Below are positions 18,809 through 27,896 of a stretch of 64,000 nt of DNA, piece by piece; the first letter of the stretch is position 1; every line of letters starts with the position of its first letter. The stretch is from Pseudomonadota bacterium (GTDB taxonomy: Bacteria > Myxococcota_A > Polyangia > Polyangiales > JAFGIB01), in the NCBI GenBank assembly GCA_017881185.1, contig JADGRE010000002.1, positions 9,158-73,157 of the forward strand, written 5' to 3'. The notes below the pieces were generated by a model. That model worked only from the letters and a program-made list of their open reading frames with translations, had not been told where the DNA came from and ran no database searches. A program made the translations under genes and the position numbers.

Positions 18809-20155
18809 CTAGAGCGCGCCTTCGATGGCGGGGCCGTCGCCGAGGTGCCCGCCGAAGAGGCGCCCCTGTGCAACGTAGGCCCAGTGCTGCGAGCCGTCGG
18901 CTTGCGGCACGACAGCCAGCTGCGAGCCGTCGGCGGGCGGCAGCTCACCATCGAGCAGGCGCTGGCCGATGTCGCCGCGCGTTCCACCCGGCACCCGTAG
19001 CGTGGTGCTGCGACCGTCGCTGCCGTGCACTGCGTATTCGGTGAACAGCAGCCCGTCCACTTCGAGGGTTTGCAGCTGCTTGGCCTCGCCCACGCGCAAG
19101 TCGCGCGGCTGCGCGTTGCCGAGCAGCGCACGCATGCGCTCGGCGCTCTGCGGCAGGCAGAGCGCGACCGCGTTGCGTGGCGCACGCGCCAACAGCTGGC
19201 CCAGCACCTGGTGCGCCCGCATCGCCACCTGCTCGTCCGGGCTGCTGCACAGCGCCTCGGCCAGAGCGCGCTCGTCGCGCGTGCCGTTGCTGACCAGCGC
19301 CTCGGGGCTGAGTGTGAGCGGCTCGCCGAAGCCAAACAGCAAGCCGAGCACGCACAGTGGCAGTAAGCGCAGCGCCGCGCTGCGGGCGCGTCGCAGTCGG
19401 CCCGACAACGGCCGCAACGCCAGCGCCAGCACACCGAACGCGAGCCAGCTGCGACCCGCGTGTGACTTGCCGGCGATCGTCAGCGCGCCGCAACCCGACG
19501 CCGATGCCGGCGGCGAGCTGAGGTAGTTCTCCATGACGCCCTGTTCATCGTCGTTCGCGAGGCTGCGCTTCTTGGTCTCGCCCGGCATGGCATACGGCCA
19601 CATCGTCGCGCCGCTGTCGGCGGCACTCTCGCCCAGACCGAGCACGTGGCCGGTCTCGTGCGTGAGCACGGCCGCGATGTCGTAGCTCGTGGTCTGCTGC
19701 TGCGAATGCTCGTCCAGCAACGCAAACTTGGTCTCGCCGTTCACGAGCACGTCGGCGTCGAGCAAGCGCCCGGTGGTCATCTCGTAGGTGACGACCGTGA
19801 TCGCGAGCTTCGCGCGCTCGTACGGCCACGACTCGAGCAGATAGACCCCGTTGGTCGGCGCCTTGCCGTGGTGGCCAGGCGACGCGCTCGGTGCTCCGGG
19901 CTGCAGCACGAGGTCGGGCACACGCGGCAGCCCGCGCCACGCCTCGAAGCCCATCTCGACGGCGGCGTAGGCGTCTCCGGGTGGCAGCCACTTCTCGAGC
20001 GCAGGATCGAGCTGCAGCCCGACCGTGTCCACGCTCCAACGGATGCGCTTGCCGCTCTCGGTCGTGTTGATCGTGTACGCATGCACCGGGCAGCAGAAGC
20101 CGACCAGAACGGTGGTGGTCAGCAAGACCGTGACGACTGCGATCGATAGCCTCAT
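18809..20155 (-). CDS. Secreted metzincin-like zinc metalloprotease with internal Cys/TM/Arg segment and C-terminal extra domain
   Basis: Signal peptide. HETGHVLGLGES is an HExxHxxGxxE variant, with a Met-turn candidate GATMWPY. An internal SGCGALTIAGKSHAGRSWLAFGVLALALRPLSGRLRRAR is followed by a second hydrophobic segment and about 170 aa. Confidence 0.7.
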   Translation of the reverse strand: MRLSIAVVTVLLTTTVLVGFCCPVHAYTINTTESGKRIRWSVDTVGLQLDPALEKWLPPGDAYAAVEMGFEAWRGLPRVPDLVLQPGAPSASPGHHGKAPTNGVYLLESWPYERAKLAITVVTYEMTTGRLLDADVLVNGETKFALLDEHSQQQTTSYDIAAVLTHETGHVLGLGESAADSGATMWPYAMPGETKKRSLANDDEQGVMENYLSSPPASASGCGALTIAGKSHAGRSWLAFGVLALALRPLSGRLRRARSAALRLLPLCVLGLLFGFGEPLTLSPEALVSNGTRDERALAEALCSSPDEQVAMRAHQVLGQLLARAPRNAVALCLPQSAERMRALLGNAQPRDLRVGEAKQLQTLEVDGLLFTEYAVHGSDGRSTTLRVPGGTRGDIGQRLLDGELPPADGSQLAVVPQADGSQHWAYVAQGRLFGGHLGDGPAIEGAL

Positions 20156-20378
20156 CTAGCTAGTTAGATGGTTGTCACGTATCCCGCTCTTTGTCTATTG
20201 AAGGCATAATCCTACACATATATAGGAATCCATGGTTTCCGGAAGCTGGAATCGTGGCGGCCGCTTGCAGGTCGCGGCCCGCACGCGTGCAGATCCCGCG
20301 CCCGTTGGGGTACCGTCGTGGCACCCGCAGCTCGGGCGCACAGTGCGCCGCTTGGGAGCGGGTCAACGAGGGGGCTCG

Positions 20379-21053
20379 ATGAACGCCACGATCAGCGCGC
20401 GTGCGGTAGTTGCCTTGCTCTGGGCGGTGGCCGTGGGCTGCGGTGCCAGCGCCGCGCCGGCCGCGCCGTCGCCGTCAGCTGCAACGAGCGCAGGCGCAGA
20501 GACAGCCCGCGTGACGCCCGAGCCCGCGCCACCACCGCGAGAAGCAGCTCCCGCGCCGGTCGCGGCTGGACCCGCCTCGCTCGCCGTGCATGCGACGGTC
20601 GGCGGCAAGCGCGTGGCGGCCCACGTTCGCGCGACCACGCCGAGCGGCGAGCTGGCAGCGGAATCGGACGGCGACGCCGCACTGTCGTTGCCTTCGGGTG
20701 AATACAAGATCTCAGTTCAAGTCACCGACGCCACGGCGCTGCTCGACAAGCCCACGCAGACTCGCCAGATCACGCTCGAGCCGGGCAACAACGCGGAGGT
20801 CGAGCTCAGCTTCGCGTGGGCCAAGGTGCAACTGGTGGTGAAGGTCAATGGCCAGCCACAGACTGGTGCCGTGGTCACGCTGCTGCGCAAGGGCGCCGCG
20901 CTGTGCGAGATCCATCCGGGCTCCGAGTTCGTGCCCGTGTCCCCGGGGCGCTACGAGGCGCAGGTGCAGGTGAAGGGGACCTCGATCAAGATCCCGAACA
21001 TCCTGTTCCCCGAAGGCGCCACCCAGACCGTGCCGGTGGAAGTCCAGCTTTGA
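20379..21053 (+). CDS. Hypothetical lipoprotein (beta-sandwich-like, Ala/Pro-rich linker)
   Basis: MNATISARAVVALLWAVAVGCG lipobox. The sequence upstream of 20379 in the track ORF is Arg/Gly-rich shadow. Ends 56 nt before the AAA+ gene. Confidence 0.65.
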   Translation: MNATISARAVVALLWAVAVGCGASAAPAAPSPSAATSAGAETARVTPEPAPPPREAAPAPVAAGPASLAVHATVGGKRVAAHVRATTPSGELAAESDGDAALSLPSGEYKISVQVTDATALLDKPTQTRQITLEPGNNAEVELSFAWAKVQLVVKVNGQPQTGAVVTLLRKGAALCEIHPGSEFVPVSPGRYEAQVQVKGTSIKIPNILFPEGATQTVPVEVQL

Positions 21054-21109
21054 CGATCCGTGGCAGCTGACGGAAGCTGCTTTCTGCCCGTACCCGTGGA
21101 GTCACGAAA

Positions 21110-22519
21110 GTGAGAAAGCCGCCCAGTCCGAAGACCGTCGCCGAGGCCCGTGAGGCCGGCTTCCGGCCACGCAGCGTGCGTGCCGAGATCCGCGACAACT
21201 TACTGCGCAAGCTCGCCGCGCGCGAGCCGCTGTTCCCTGGCATCCACGGCTACGAAGACACCGTGTTTCCAGCTGTCGAAAACGCGTTGCTCGCGGAGCA
21301 AGATCTGCTCTTCCTCGGCGAGCGCGGTCAGGGCAAGTCGCGGCTCATTCGCAGCTTGCTCGGGCTGCTCGATGAGTGGATCCCGGAGCTTGCAGGCAGC
21401 GAAGTGCACGACGACCCGGCCGCACCGATCTCGGCGCAGGGGCGTCTCTTGCTCGCCGAGCACGGAGAGCGCGCGCCGATCCGCTGGCTGCACCGCGACG
21501 AGCGCTACGGCGAGAAGCTCGCCACGCCCGACGTGTCGACTGCCGACTTGATCGGCGACGTCGACCCCATGCGCGTGGTCGAGGGCCGTTCGCTCGGAGA
21601 CGAGCTCACGATGCACTACGGGATCTTGCCGCGTACCAACCGCGGCATCTTCTGCATCAACGAGCTGCCGGATCTCACCGAGAAGATCCAGGTCGCGCTG
21701 TTCAACGTGATGGAAGAGCGCGATGTGCAGATCAAGGGCTACCGCGTGCGCTTGCCGCTCGATGTGTTGGTCGTCGCCAGCGCCAACCCCGAGGACTACA
21801 CCAGCCGCGGGCGCATCGTCACTCCGCTCAAAGATCGCTTCGCCGCGCAGATCCGCACGCACTATCCGCGCACGCGCGCCATCGAGCTGCAGATCGTGGA
21901 GCAAGAGGCGGTGCCGTTGTCGGTGCCCGGCGTGGAAGTGGTGGTGCCTTCGTTCATGAAGAAGATCCTCGCCGAGATCACCTTCCAGGCGCGGCAGAGC
22001 CCCGATGTCAGCCAGAGCTCGGGCGTGTCGGTGCGCATGACCGTGGCCAGCTACGAGACGCTGGTAGCCAACGCAGTGCGCCGCGCGCTGCGCAACGGGG
22101 ATCGCCATGCCGTGCCGCGCATCTCGGACCTGTGGGCGCTGCATCACTCGATGCTCGGCAAGATCGAGCTCGAGTACGCCGGCAAGCGTTCGGAGGACGA
22201 GCTGGTGAAGAACCTGATCGCGCGCGCGGTGAAGGTAGTGTTCGACGGCGCGGTGAGCGACGCCGCGAGCCTCGATGCCATCGCCGCTGCGTTCGGTCAG
22301 GGCTGGATGGTGGAAGTGTCCGACATGACGCCGGCAGCAGAGTTTCTCGCCGGCCTCGACAAGATCCCCGGGCTGCGCAAGGCCGTCGCTCAGCTTGCCG
22401 AAGGCGAGACACCCGCGATGTATGCTTCGGCAGTGGAGCTGATCTTGGAGGGCCTGCACTTGAGCAACCGCTTGAACAAGACCACTTCCGAGCACGCCGC
22501 CACCTACGCACACAAGTGA
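21110..22519 (+). CDS. AAA+ ATPase of the Mg-chelatase (ChlI/BchI) / MoxR-like type
   Basis: Walker A LGERGQGKS, Walker B-like GIFCINELPD, then VVASANPEDYTSRGRIVTPLKDRF. GTG start. Confidence 0.75.
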   Translation: MRKPPSPKTVAEAREAGFRPRSVRAEIRDNLLRKLAAREPLFPGIHGYEDTVFPAVENALLAEQDLLFLGERGQGKSRLIRSLLGLLDEWIPELAGSEVHDDPAAPISAQGRLLLAEHGERAPIRWLHRDERYGEKLATPDVSTADLIGDVDPMRVVEGRSLGDELTMHYGILPRTNRGIFCINELPDLTEKIQVALFNVMEERDVQIKGYRVRLPLDVLVVASANPEDYTSRGRIVTPLKDRFAAQIRTHYPRTRAIELQIVEQEAVPLSVPGVEVVVPSFMKKILAEITFQARQSPDVSQSSGVSVRMTVASYETLVANAVRRALRNGDRHAVPRISDLWALHHSMLGKIELEYAGKRSEDELVKNLIARAVKVVFDGAVSDAASLDAIAAAFGQGWMVEVSDMTPAAEFLAGLDKIPGLRKAVAQLAEGETPAMYASAVELILEGLHLSNRLNKTTSEHAATYAHK

Positions 22520-24153
22520 AGGTCCATCGCTACAGCAAGTGGGACGCGACGCAGGCGGAGCTCTCGCTCGATGCCGCGGACGCGCTCGACGCGCTGGCGG
22601 ACGTGATGATGCACGGGCTGTCACCGCGCGACGCCATGCAGTACCTGGAGCGCTTCGGCTTCGAGCTGGCAGGCAAGGACTTTCGCGTGCTCGGCAGCCA
22701 GGAGCTCTCGCGCGAGCTACGCAAGCAGGCGCACGAGCTCTACGAGGGTCACAAGCTGGACGACCCGTTCGCGCAGCTGCGGGAACGTTTGCAGCAGCTG
22801 CAGGCGATCGAGCAGCAGACCTTGCGCGAGCGTCATGGTTACGAGTCGCGCGCGATGAACGAGTTTCTGGAGCGGCGACACGCACCCGCCGCGAACCTCT
22901 CGCAGGCGATTGCGCGCTTCGAGGACTACGACTTCCAGGACGACGACGCGCGCGAGCGCTACGACGAGCTGCGCTCCGAGCTGCCACAGCTGCGTGAGCT
23001 CGAGCGCTTCACGCAGGAGCAGGGCGCACGTTTTCGCGGTCGACCGCAGGCCGACTACGAGACCGCGCAAGCGCTACGCAAACGCTTGCAGACCATCGAG
23101 GCCATCACCCAAGCCATCGAGGCTGGCGAGCTGGGGAACATCGATACGAGCCAGCTCGCTGAGCTGCTCGGCGACGGCGCAGCGCGCTCGCTCATGATCT
23201 TGCGCGACCTTCCATCGCGCCTCGCCGACGAAGGGTACCTGCGCGAGCAGGGCAGTGTACCCGAGCTCACGGCCAAAGCCGTGCGTCGCATCGGACAACG
23301 CGCGCTCGCCGACGTGTACACCATGCTGCGCAAGGGCCGCAGCGGTGAGCATGGCACGAGCGATCGCGGCGCCGGCAGCCCACGGCCCGACGAAACGCAT
23401 CCGTACCAGTTCGGCGATGCGTTCGAGATCGACGTGACCAAGACCGTGCTCAATGCGCTGCGCAGCGCTGCCTCGCGCGCCGTGAGTGACCCGCATCCGC
23501 GCAAGCTGCGCGTGTCGGTGTCGGACGTGGAAGTGCGGGAGCACGACTTCAGCACCGACACGACGACCGTGCTGCTCTTGGATCTATCGTGGTCCATGTC
23601 GTTCGAAGGGCGCTTTCCCGCAGCCAAGCGCGTCGCGCTGGCCATGGATCATCTGATTCGCACCCAGTTCCCCCGCGACCGCTTCTTCATCGTGGGCTTC
23701 TCCACGCGCGCGCGTGAGCTCTCCATTGCAGAGCTGCCGGCCGTGTCGTGGGACCCGTCTGATCCGTTCACGAACCTGCAGGAGGGGCTGCAGCTGGCCG
23801 AGCGCTTGATCGCCGCGCACCCGTCACGCAGCCCGCAGGTGCTCGTGATCACCGACGGCCAACCGACCGCGTACTGCGCCGGCAACGAGCTGCACGTGGA
23901 GTGGCCGAGCGGTTACGGCGGCATCTCTCCCAACGCCGTCGCCTACACCCTCGAGCAGGTGCACCGCATCACACGCCGAGGCGTGGTCATCAACACCTTC
24001 ATGCTGCACGACTCGCCGGAGCTGGTGGGTTTCGTGGAGCGCATGACCGAGATCAACCACGGTCGAGCTTTGTTCACCGACCCGAGCCAGCTCGGCTCGT
24101 ACGTGATGGTCGATCACCTCAACCAGAAGCGTCGGTCGCGCGCGCGCTCGTAG
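22516..24153 (+). CDS. von Willebrand factor A (vWA) domain protein, partner of the preceding AAA+ ATPase
   Basis: MIDAS motif VLLLDLSWSMS ... VITDGQPT. Long helical N-terminal region. The GTG start overlaps the upstream stop (GTGA). Confidence 0.7.
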   Translation: MKVHRYSKWDATQAELSLDAADALDALADVMMHGLSPRDAMQYLERFGFELAGKDFRVLGSQELSRELRKQAHELYEGHKLDDPFAQLRERLQQLQAIEQQTLRERHGYESRAMNEFLERRHAPAANLSQAIARFEDYDFQDDDARERYDELRSELPQLRELERFTQEQGARFRGRPQADYETAQALRKRLQTIEAITQAIEAGELGNIDTSQLAELLGDGAARSLMILRDLPSRLADEGYLREQGSVPELTAKAVRRIGQRALADVYTMLRKGRSGEHGTSDRGAGSPRPDETHPYQFGDAFEIDVTKTVLNALRSAASRAVSDPHPRKLRVSVSDVEVREHDFSTDTTTVLLLDLSWSMSFEGRFPAAKRVALAMDHLIRTQFPRDRFFIVGFSTRARELSIAELPAVSWDPSDPFTNLQEGLQLAERLIAAHPSRSPQVLVITDGQPTAYCAGNELHVEWPSGYGGISPNAVAYTLEQVHRITRRGVVINTFMLHDSPELVGFVERMTEINHGRALFTDPSQLGSYVMVDHLNQKRRSRARS

Positions 24154-24736
24154 CCGGCGACCACTCGCTGACGAAGTCTTCCGGCACTGGCCGCACGACT
24201 TCGGGCGCGGGCTGCCTGGGCGTGCCCGCGTAGAGGAAGCCCACGATGGCGTCCACACCGAAAGCTTGCTGCACCTGCGGGTCGTAGGCGGAGTCTCCCG
24301 TGCGCCAGATTCCCGCATAGCCGCGTGCATGCAGCGTGAGCAGGATGGCGTGTGCGGCCGCAGCGGCCGCGAGTAGCTGTTCGTTGACGGGCACTTTGTG
24401 GTCTTTCGTCAGCTGCGCACCGACCATGAGAATCAGTGGGGCTCGCAGCGCCTTGCCGCGCAGCTTGTCGAGCTCCTCCGGCGTGGCGCGCGGGTTCTTG
24501 CCCGCCAGCGTCTGCGCCATCAGCTCGCCCAGCGCGTTGCGTGCCTCGCCGCGCACCATGCGCACACGCCACGGGCGCAGCATGCCGTGGTCCGGCGCGC
24601 GCGCAGCCGCTGCGAAGCACAGCTGCAGCGTCTCGGTGTCAGGCGCGGGCTCGGTCAGCTTGCCGTTGGAGGCGCGGGTGGTGAGCGCGTGCAGGGCGCT
24701 CATGTGTGGGGGTGCAGGCGGATGTGTCGTCGTCAT
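24119..24736 (-). CDS. Nitroreductase family protein
   Basis: 205 aa. ALTTRASNGKLTEP ... RAPDHGMLRPWR ... layout typical of the NfnB/NfsA-like fold. The 3' end overlaps the vWA gene convergently by 35 nt. Confidence 0.65.
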   Translation of the reverse strand: MTTTHPPAPPHMSALHALTTRASNGKLTEPAPDTETLQLCFAAAARAPDHGMLRPWRVRMVRGEARNALGELMAQTLAGKNPRATPEELDKLRGKALRAPLILMVGAQLTKDHKVPVNEQLLAAAAAAHAILLTLHARGYAGIWRTGDSAYDPQVQQAFGVDAIVGFLYAGTPRQPAPEVVRPVPEDFVSEWSPATSARATDASG

Positions 24737-25019
24737 GAGCGTTGTCCTCGTCGTCGGACGTGCGGTCGGCAGTGCGGCAGTCGCGAGCAGTCGCCCGCGG
24801 AATCCAAGCTATGCGGCGTGCGTTGACTCCAATACATCAGCCTCGCCGGCATGTCGCGGGCGGAGCTGACAAGTGTACGTGTCAGTGCGTTGTTGTCCGT
24901 ACCCAGGCGCAGTTCGACGTAATGAACGAGTTTGCCGAATCACCACAGTTTTCAAGTGTTGTGCTAACCTCAGTGCATACGTTGATCGTGCCGTATTCGT
25001 ACCGCCATGAGGATGCCTA

Positions 25020-26882
25020 GTGGGAGCCGTGTCGATTGACCAGCGCGCTCCGGGGGGGCCTCTCGCCGCGGGCGCAAAACTTGGACGCTACGAAATACTC
25101 GCCAAGCTGGCTGCTGGCGGCATGGCCGTGGTGTACGTCGCGCGTGCTTCCGGTGTTGCGGGCTTCGAGCGCTTGGTTGCGATCAAGGTGCTGCACGCGA
25201 ACCTCGCGCACGAAGAAGAGTTCATCAAGATGTTCCTCGACGAAGCGCGGCTCGCTGCGCGCATTCGTCACCCGAACGTCGTGCCCACCATCGACATCAG
25301 CGACTCCGATGAAGCGGGCTACTTCATCGTCATGGACTACATCGAGGGCGACCACCTCGGTCAGATCCTCGGGGCGGCGCACAAGGCAAACGAGAAGCTG
25401 CCGGTGCCGGTCACGCTGCGCATCATCGGCGACGCGCTCGGCGGTCTCGGTGCCGCGCACGACCTGACTGACGAAAACGGCAAGCACCTGCACTTGGTGC
25501 ACCGCGACGTGTCTCCGCACAACATCATGGTCGGCCGCGATGGCGTGGCTCGACTCACCGACTTCGGCGTGGCCAAGGCCGAAGACCGGCTCACGCACAC
25601 GCGTGACGGTCAGGTGAAGGGCAAGCTCGCGTACATGGCGCCCGAGCAAGCGGCCAGCGGCCAGACCGACTCGCGCTCCGATCTGTTCTCGATGGGCGTG
25701 ATCCTCTGGGAGTCGATCACCGGTCGGCGTCTGTTCCGCGCCGAGAGCACGGCTGCCACGCTCCACAAGCTGCTGCACGATGAAATTCCGGCACCGTCCA
25801 CCGTGGACCCGGCGCTCGCACCGCTCGATGGCGTGTTGCAGAAGGCGCTGGCGCGCGATCTCGCGCAGCGTTACCAGACCGCCGAAGAGTTCGCGAACGG
25901 CATCGAGGAAGCGGCGTCGGCCGTCGGCGGCATGTCGTCGTTGCGTGCGGTCAGCAAAGCCGTGAAGCAGCACGCTGCGGTCAAGATCAAGCGCGACAAG
26001 AAATTGATCGACGACGCCATCAGCTCGCTCAAGGCCATCGACGCAGAGGCCAGCGCGTTTTCGGCCGACGCGCTGTCGGAGCCGTCCAATCCGTCGGCAT
26101 CCGACGCTTCGATCGGCTCGCTGAGCATGTCGAAGGTCAGCGGCGTGTTCTCCCATGCAACCATGCCGGGCGCACGCGTGCGTGGTGCTGGTGCGCGCCA
26201 ATCCGAGGGACGCCCGCCACCGGTTGCCGGTGCGTTACCACCGCCGCCTCCGATCGGCACGCTGCCGTCCACCATCCCCGAGCCGCTCGAGCTTTCCGAT
26301 CTGGGCATGGAGCTCGACGAGCATGGCAACCGGCCCGGTGGTCGTTCTCGCGTGGTGCGCGCGACAGTGTTCGCGCTGGGGTTGATCGCCGCCGGCGCAG
26401 TGCTGTGGTTCATGCGACACGGCGATGGTGACACCGTGGGCGACACCGTGCGCGTGCACTCGATCGACAATCCGACGGTTGCGCCGTCAGCCGCCACTTC
26501 GCCGGCTCCGAGCGCGCCCCAGCCCAGCGTTCCGCCGCCCGTTGCCGAGCCCGCTGCCGAGCCCGCGGCCCAGCCGCCCGCCGAAGCCAACAGCGCGCCG
26601 GCGGCCGTCGCCGCTCCGTCCGTTCAACCCCAACCGACGGCGGTAACGCCGCCCGCCGTCGCGCCCGCAGAGCCGACCGCTGCACCTTCGCGCTCTGCCA
26701 ACGCGGTGCGCAAGCCACGACGCGAGACTGGACGCGAGACTGGACGCGAGAACGCGGTCGAGGCGGTGGGCGCACCAAAGCCGGTGGTCGCGGCACCCAA
26801 GCCCGTCGAAGCGCCGCCCAAGCCTGCCCCGTCGCGACACGCCGAGCCGGGCGACTTCATCCCCAACCCTTACCAGAACTAG
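25020..26882 (+). CDS. Hanks-type Ser/Thr protein kinase with TM segment and Pro/Ala-rich tail
   Basis: Motifs AAGGMAVVY, VAIKVL, HRDVSPHNIMV, DFGVAK, YMAPEQ. TM segment VFALGLIAAGAVLWF. GTG start. Confidence 0.85.
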   Translation: MGAVSIDQRAPGGPLAAGAKLGRYEILAKLAAGGMAVVYVARASGVAGFERLVAIKVLHANLAHEEEFIKMFLDEARLAARIRHPNVVPTIDISDSDEAGYFIVMDYIEGDHLGQILGAAHKANEKLPVPVTLRIIGDALGGLGAAHDLTDENGKHLHLVHRDVSPHNIMVGRDGVARLTDFGVAKAEDRLTHTRDGQVKGKLAYMAPEQAASGQTDSRSDLFSMGVILWESITGRRLFRAESTAATLHKLLHDEIPAPSTVDPALAPLDGVLQKALARDLAQRYQTAEEFANGIEEAASAVGGMSSLRAVSKAVKQHAAVKIKRDKKLIDDAISSLKAIDAEASAFSADALSEPSNPSASDASIGSLSMSKVSGVFSHATMPGARVRGAGARQSEGRPPPVAGALPPPPPIGTLPSTIPEPLELSDLGMELDEHGNRPGGRSRVVRATVFALGLIAAGAVLWFMRHGDGDTVGDTVRVHSIDNPTVAPSAATSPAPSAPQPSVPPPVAEPAAEPAAQPPAEANSAPAAVAAPSVQPQPTAVTPPAVAPAEPTAAPSRSANAVRKPRRETGRETGRENAVEAVGAPKPVVAAPKPVEAPPKPAPSRHAEPGDFIPNPYQN

Positions 26883-27002
26883 TCAGCTGTAGGTGTAGGG
26901 TCGGTCCTGCGGCGCGGCAGTGCGAATACACAGCGCTGCGGCACAATTGCGCCCGATGCGCCCACGCTTCTATCATACTGAAGACGGGGATTCGGTCGAC
27001 GC

Positions 27003-27896
27003 ATGCAAGAGGATTGGGAGGACAAGACCATCATCTCGACGGACGTTGCGCCGACGGCCACGTCGGGTCGCAAGCGTGCCCAGCTCATCGTCGTGGCCGG
27101 GGCCAACGTCGGAGAGATGTACGACCTCAAGGGCACGCTCATCATCGGGCGCGGCCGTGAGGCCGACATCCGAGTGCAGGGCGACGGCATCTCGCGCAAG
27201 CATGCGCGGCTGCGCTTGTCGGGCGAAAACGCCGTGCTCGAAGACCTCGGGTCCACCAACGGCTCGTTCGTCAACGGCGAGAAGGTCAGCAGTCGCGTGT
27301 TGGCCGACGGCGACAAGATCCAGGTCGGCACTGCGACCATCCTGAAGTACACGCACCACGACGAGCTCGACGAGGACTTCCAGCGCCAGATGTTCGAGTC
27401 GGCGTCGCGCGATGGGCTGACGCAGAGCTACAACAAGCGCTTCTTCCTGGAGCAGCTGAACAGCGAGTACGCCTACGCCGCACGCCACAGTGCGGAGCTG
27501 TCGTTGATCATGTTCGACATCGATCACTTCAAGCAGGTGAACGACACCTACGGGCACCCGGCCGGTGACTTCGTGCTGTCGCAGCTCACGCGCGCGGTGA
27601 TTCCGGCGATCCGTACCGAAGACATCTTCGCGCGCTACGGCGGCGAAGAGTTCGCCATCCTCTCGCGCACCACGCCGCGTGCTGCGGCCGCGCTCGTGGC
27701 AGAACGTGTGCGCAAGACCATCGAGCAGCACCAGTTCGTGTTCGAGGGCAAGCGCATTCCCGTGACGGTCAGCATCGGCGTGGGCTCCATGCCCGATGCG
27801 AACGTGAAGTCGCCGGAAGACTTGGTCTCGGTGGCGGACAAGGCGCTCTACCAAGCCAAGCGCGGTGGCCGCAACCGCGTGATCGCAGCGGCCTGA
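27003..27896 (+). CDS. FHA domain - GGDEF domain protein (putative phospho-Thr-responsive diguanylate cyclase)
   Basis: FHA part: IIGRGREADIRVQGDGISRKHARL ... STNGSFVNG. GGDEF part: DIDHFKQVNDTYGHPAGD and RTEDIFARYGGEEF, that is an RxxD I-site 5 residues before an intact GGEEF (27612-27653). Confidence 0.85.
   Translation: MQEDWEDKTIISTDVAPTATSGRKRAQLIVVAGANVGEMYDLKGTLIIGRGREADIRVQGDGISRKHARLRLSGENAVLEDLGSTNGSFVNGEKVSSRVLADGDKIQVGTATILKYTHHDELDEDFQRQMFESASRDGLTQSYNKRFFLEQLNSEYAYAARHSAELSLIMFDIDHFKQVNDTYGHPAGDFVLSQLTRAVIPAIRTEDIFARYGGEEFAILSRTTPRAAAALVAERVRKTIEQHQFVFEGKRIPVTVSIGVGSMPDANVKSPEDLVSVADKALYQAKRGGRNRVIAAA

Noticed and set aside
20319-20333. TGGCAC, resembling the -24 element of a sigma-54 promoter, upstream of the lipoprotein/AAA+/vWA genes.
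   Set aside because: The -12 GC does not fall at the required spacing (TGGCAC-n5-TTGC). Here the downstream sequence is ccgca-gctc, which puts GC two positions off.
24119-24153. 35-nt convergent overlap between the vWA gene and the nitroreductase gene, considered as a possible antisense-regulation feature or annotation error.
   Set aside because: Both C-terminal tails are low-information. Tail overlaps of this size are common in stop-poor high-GC DNA. Nothing in the sequence singles it out as functional.
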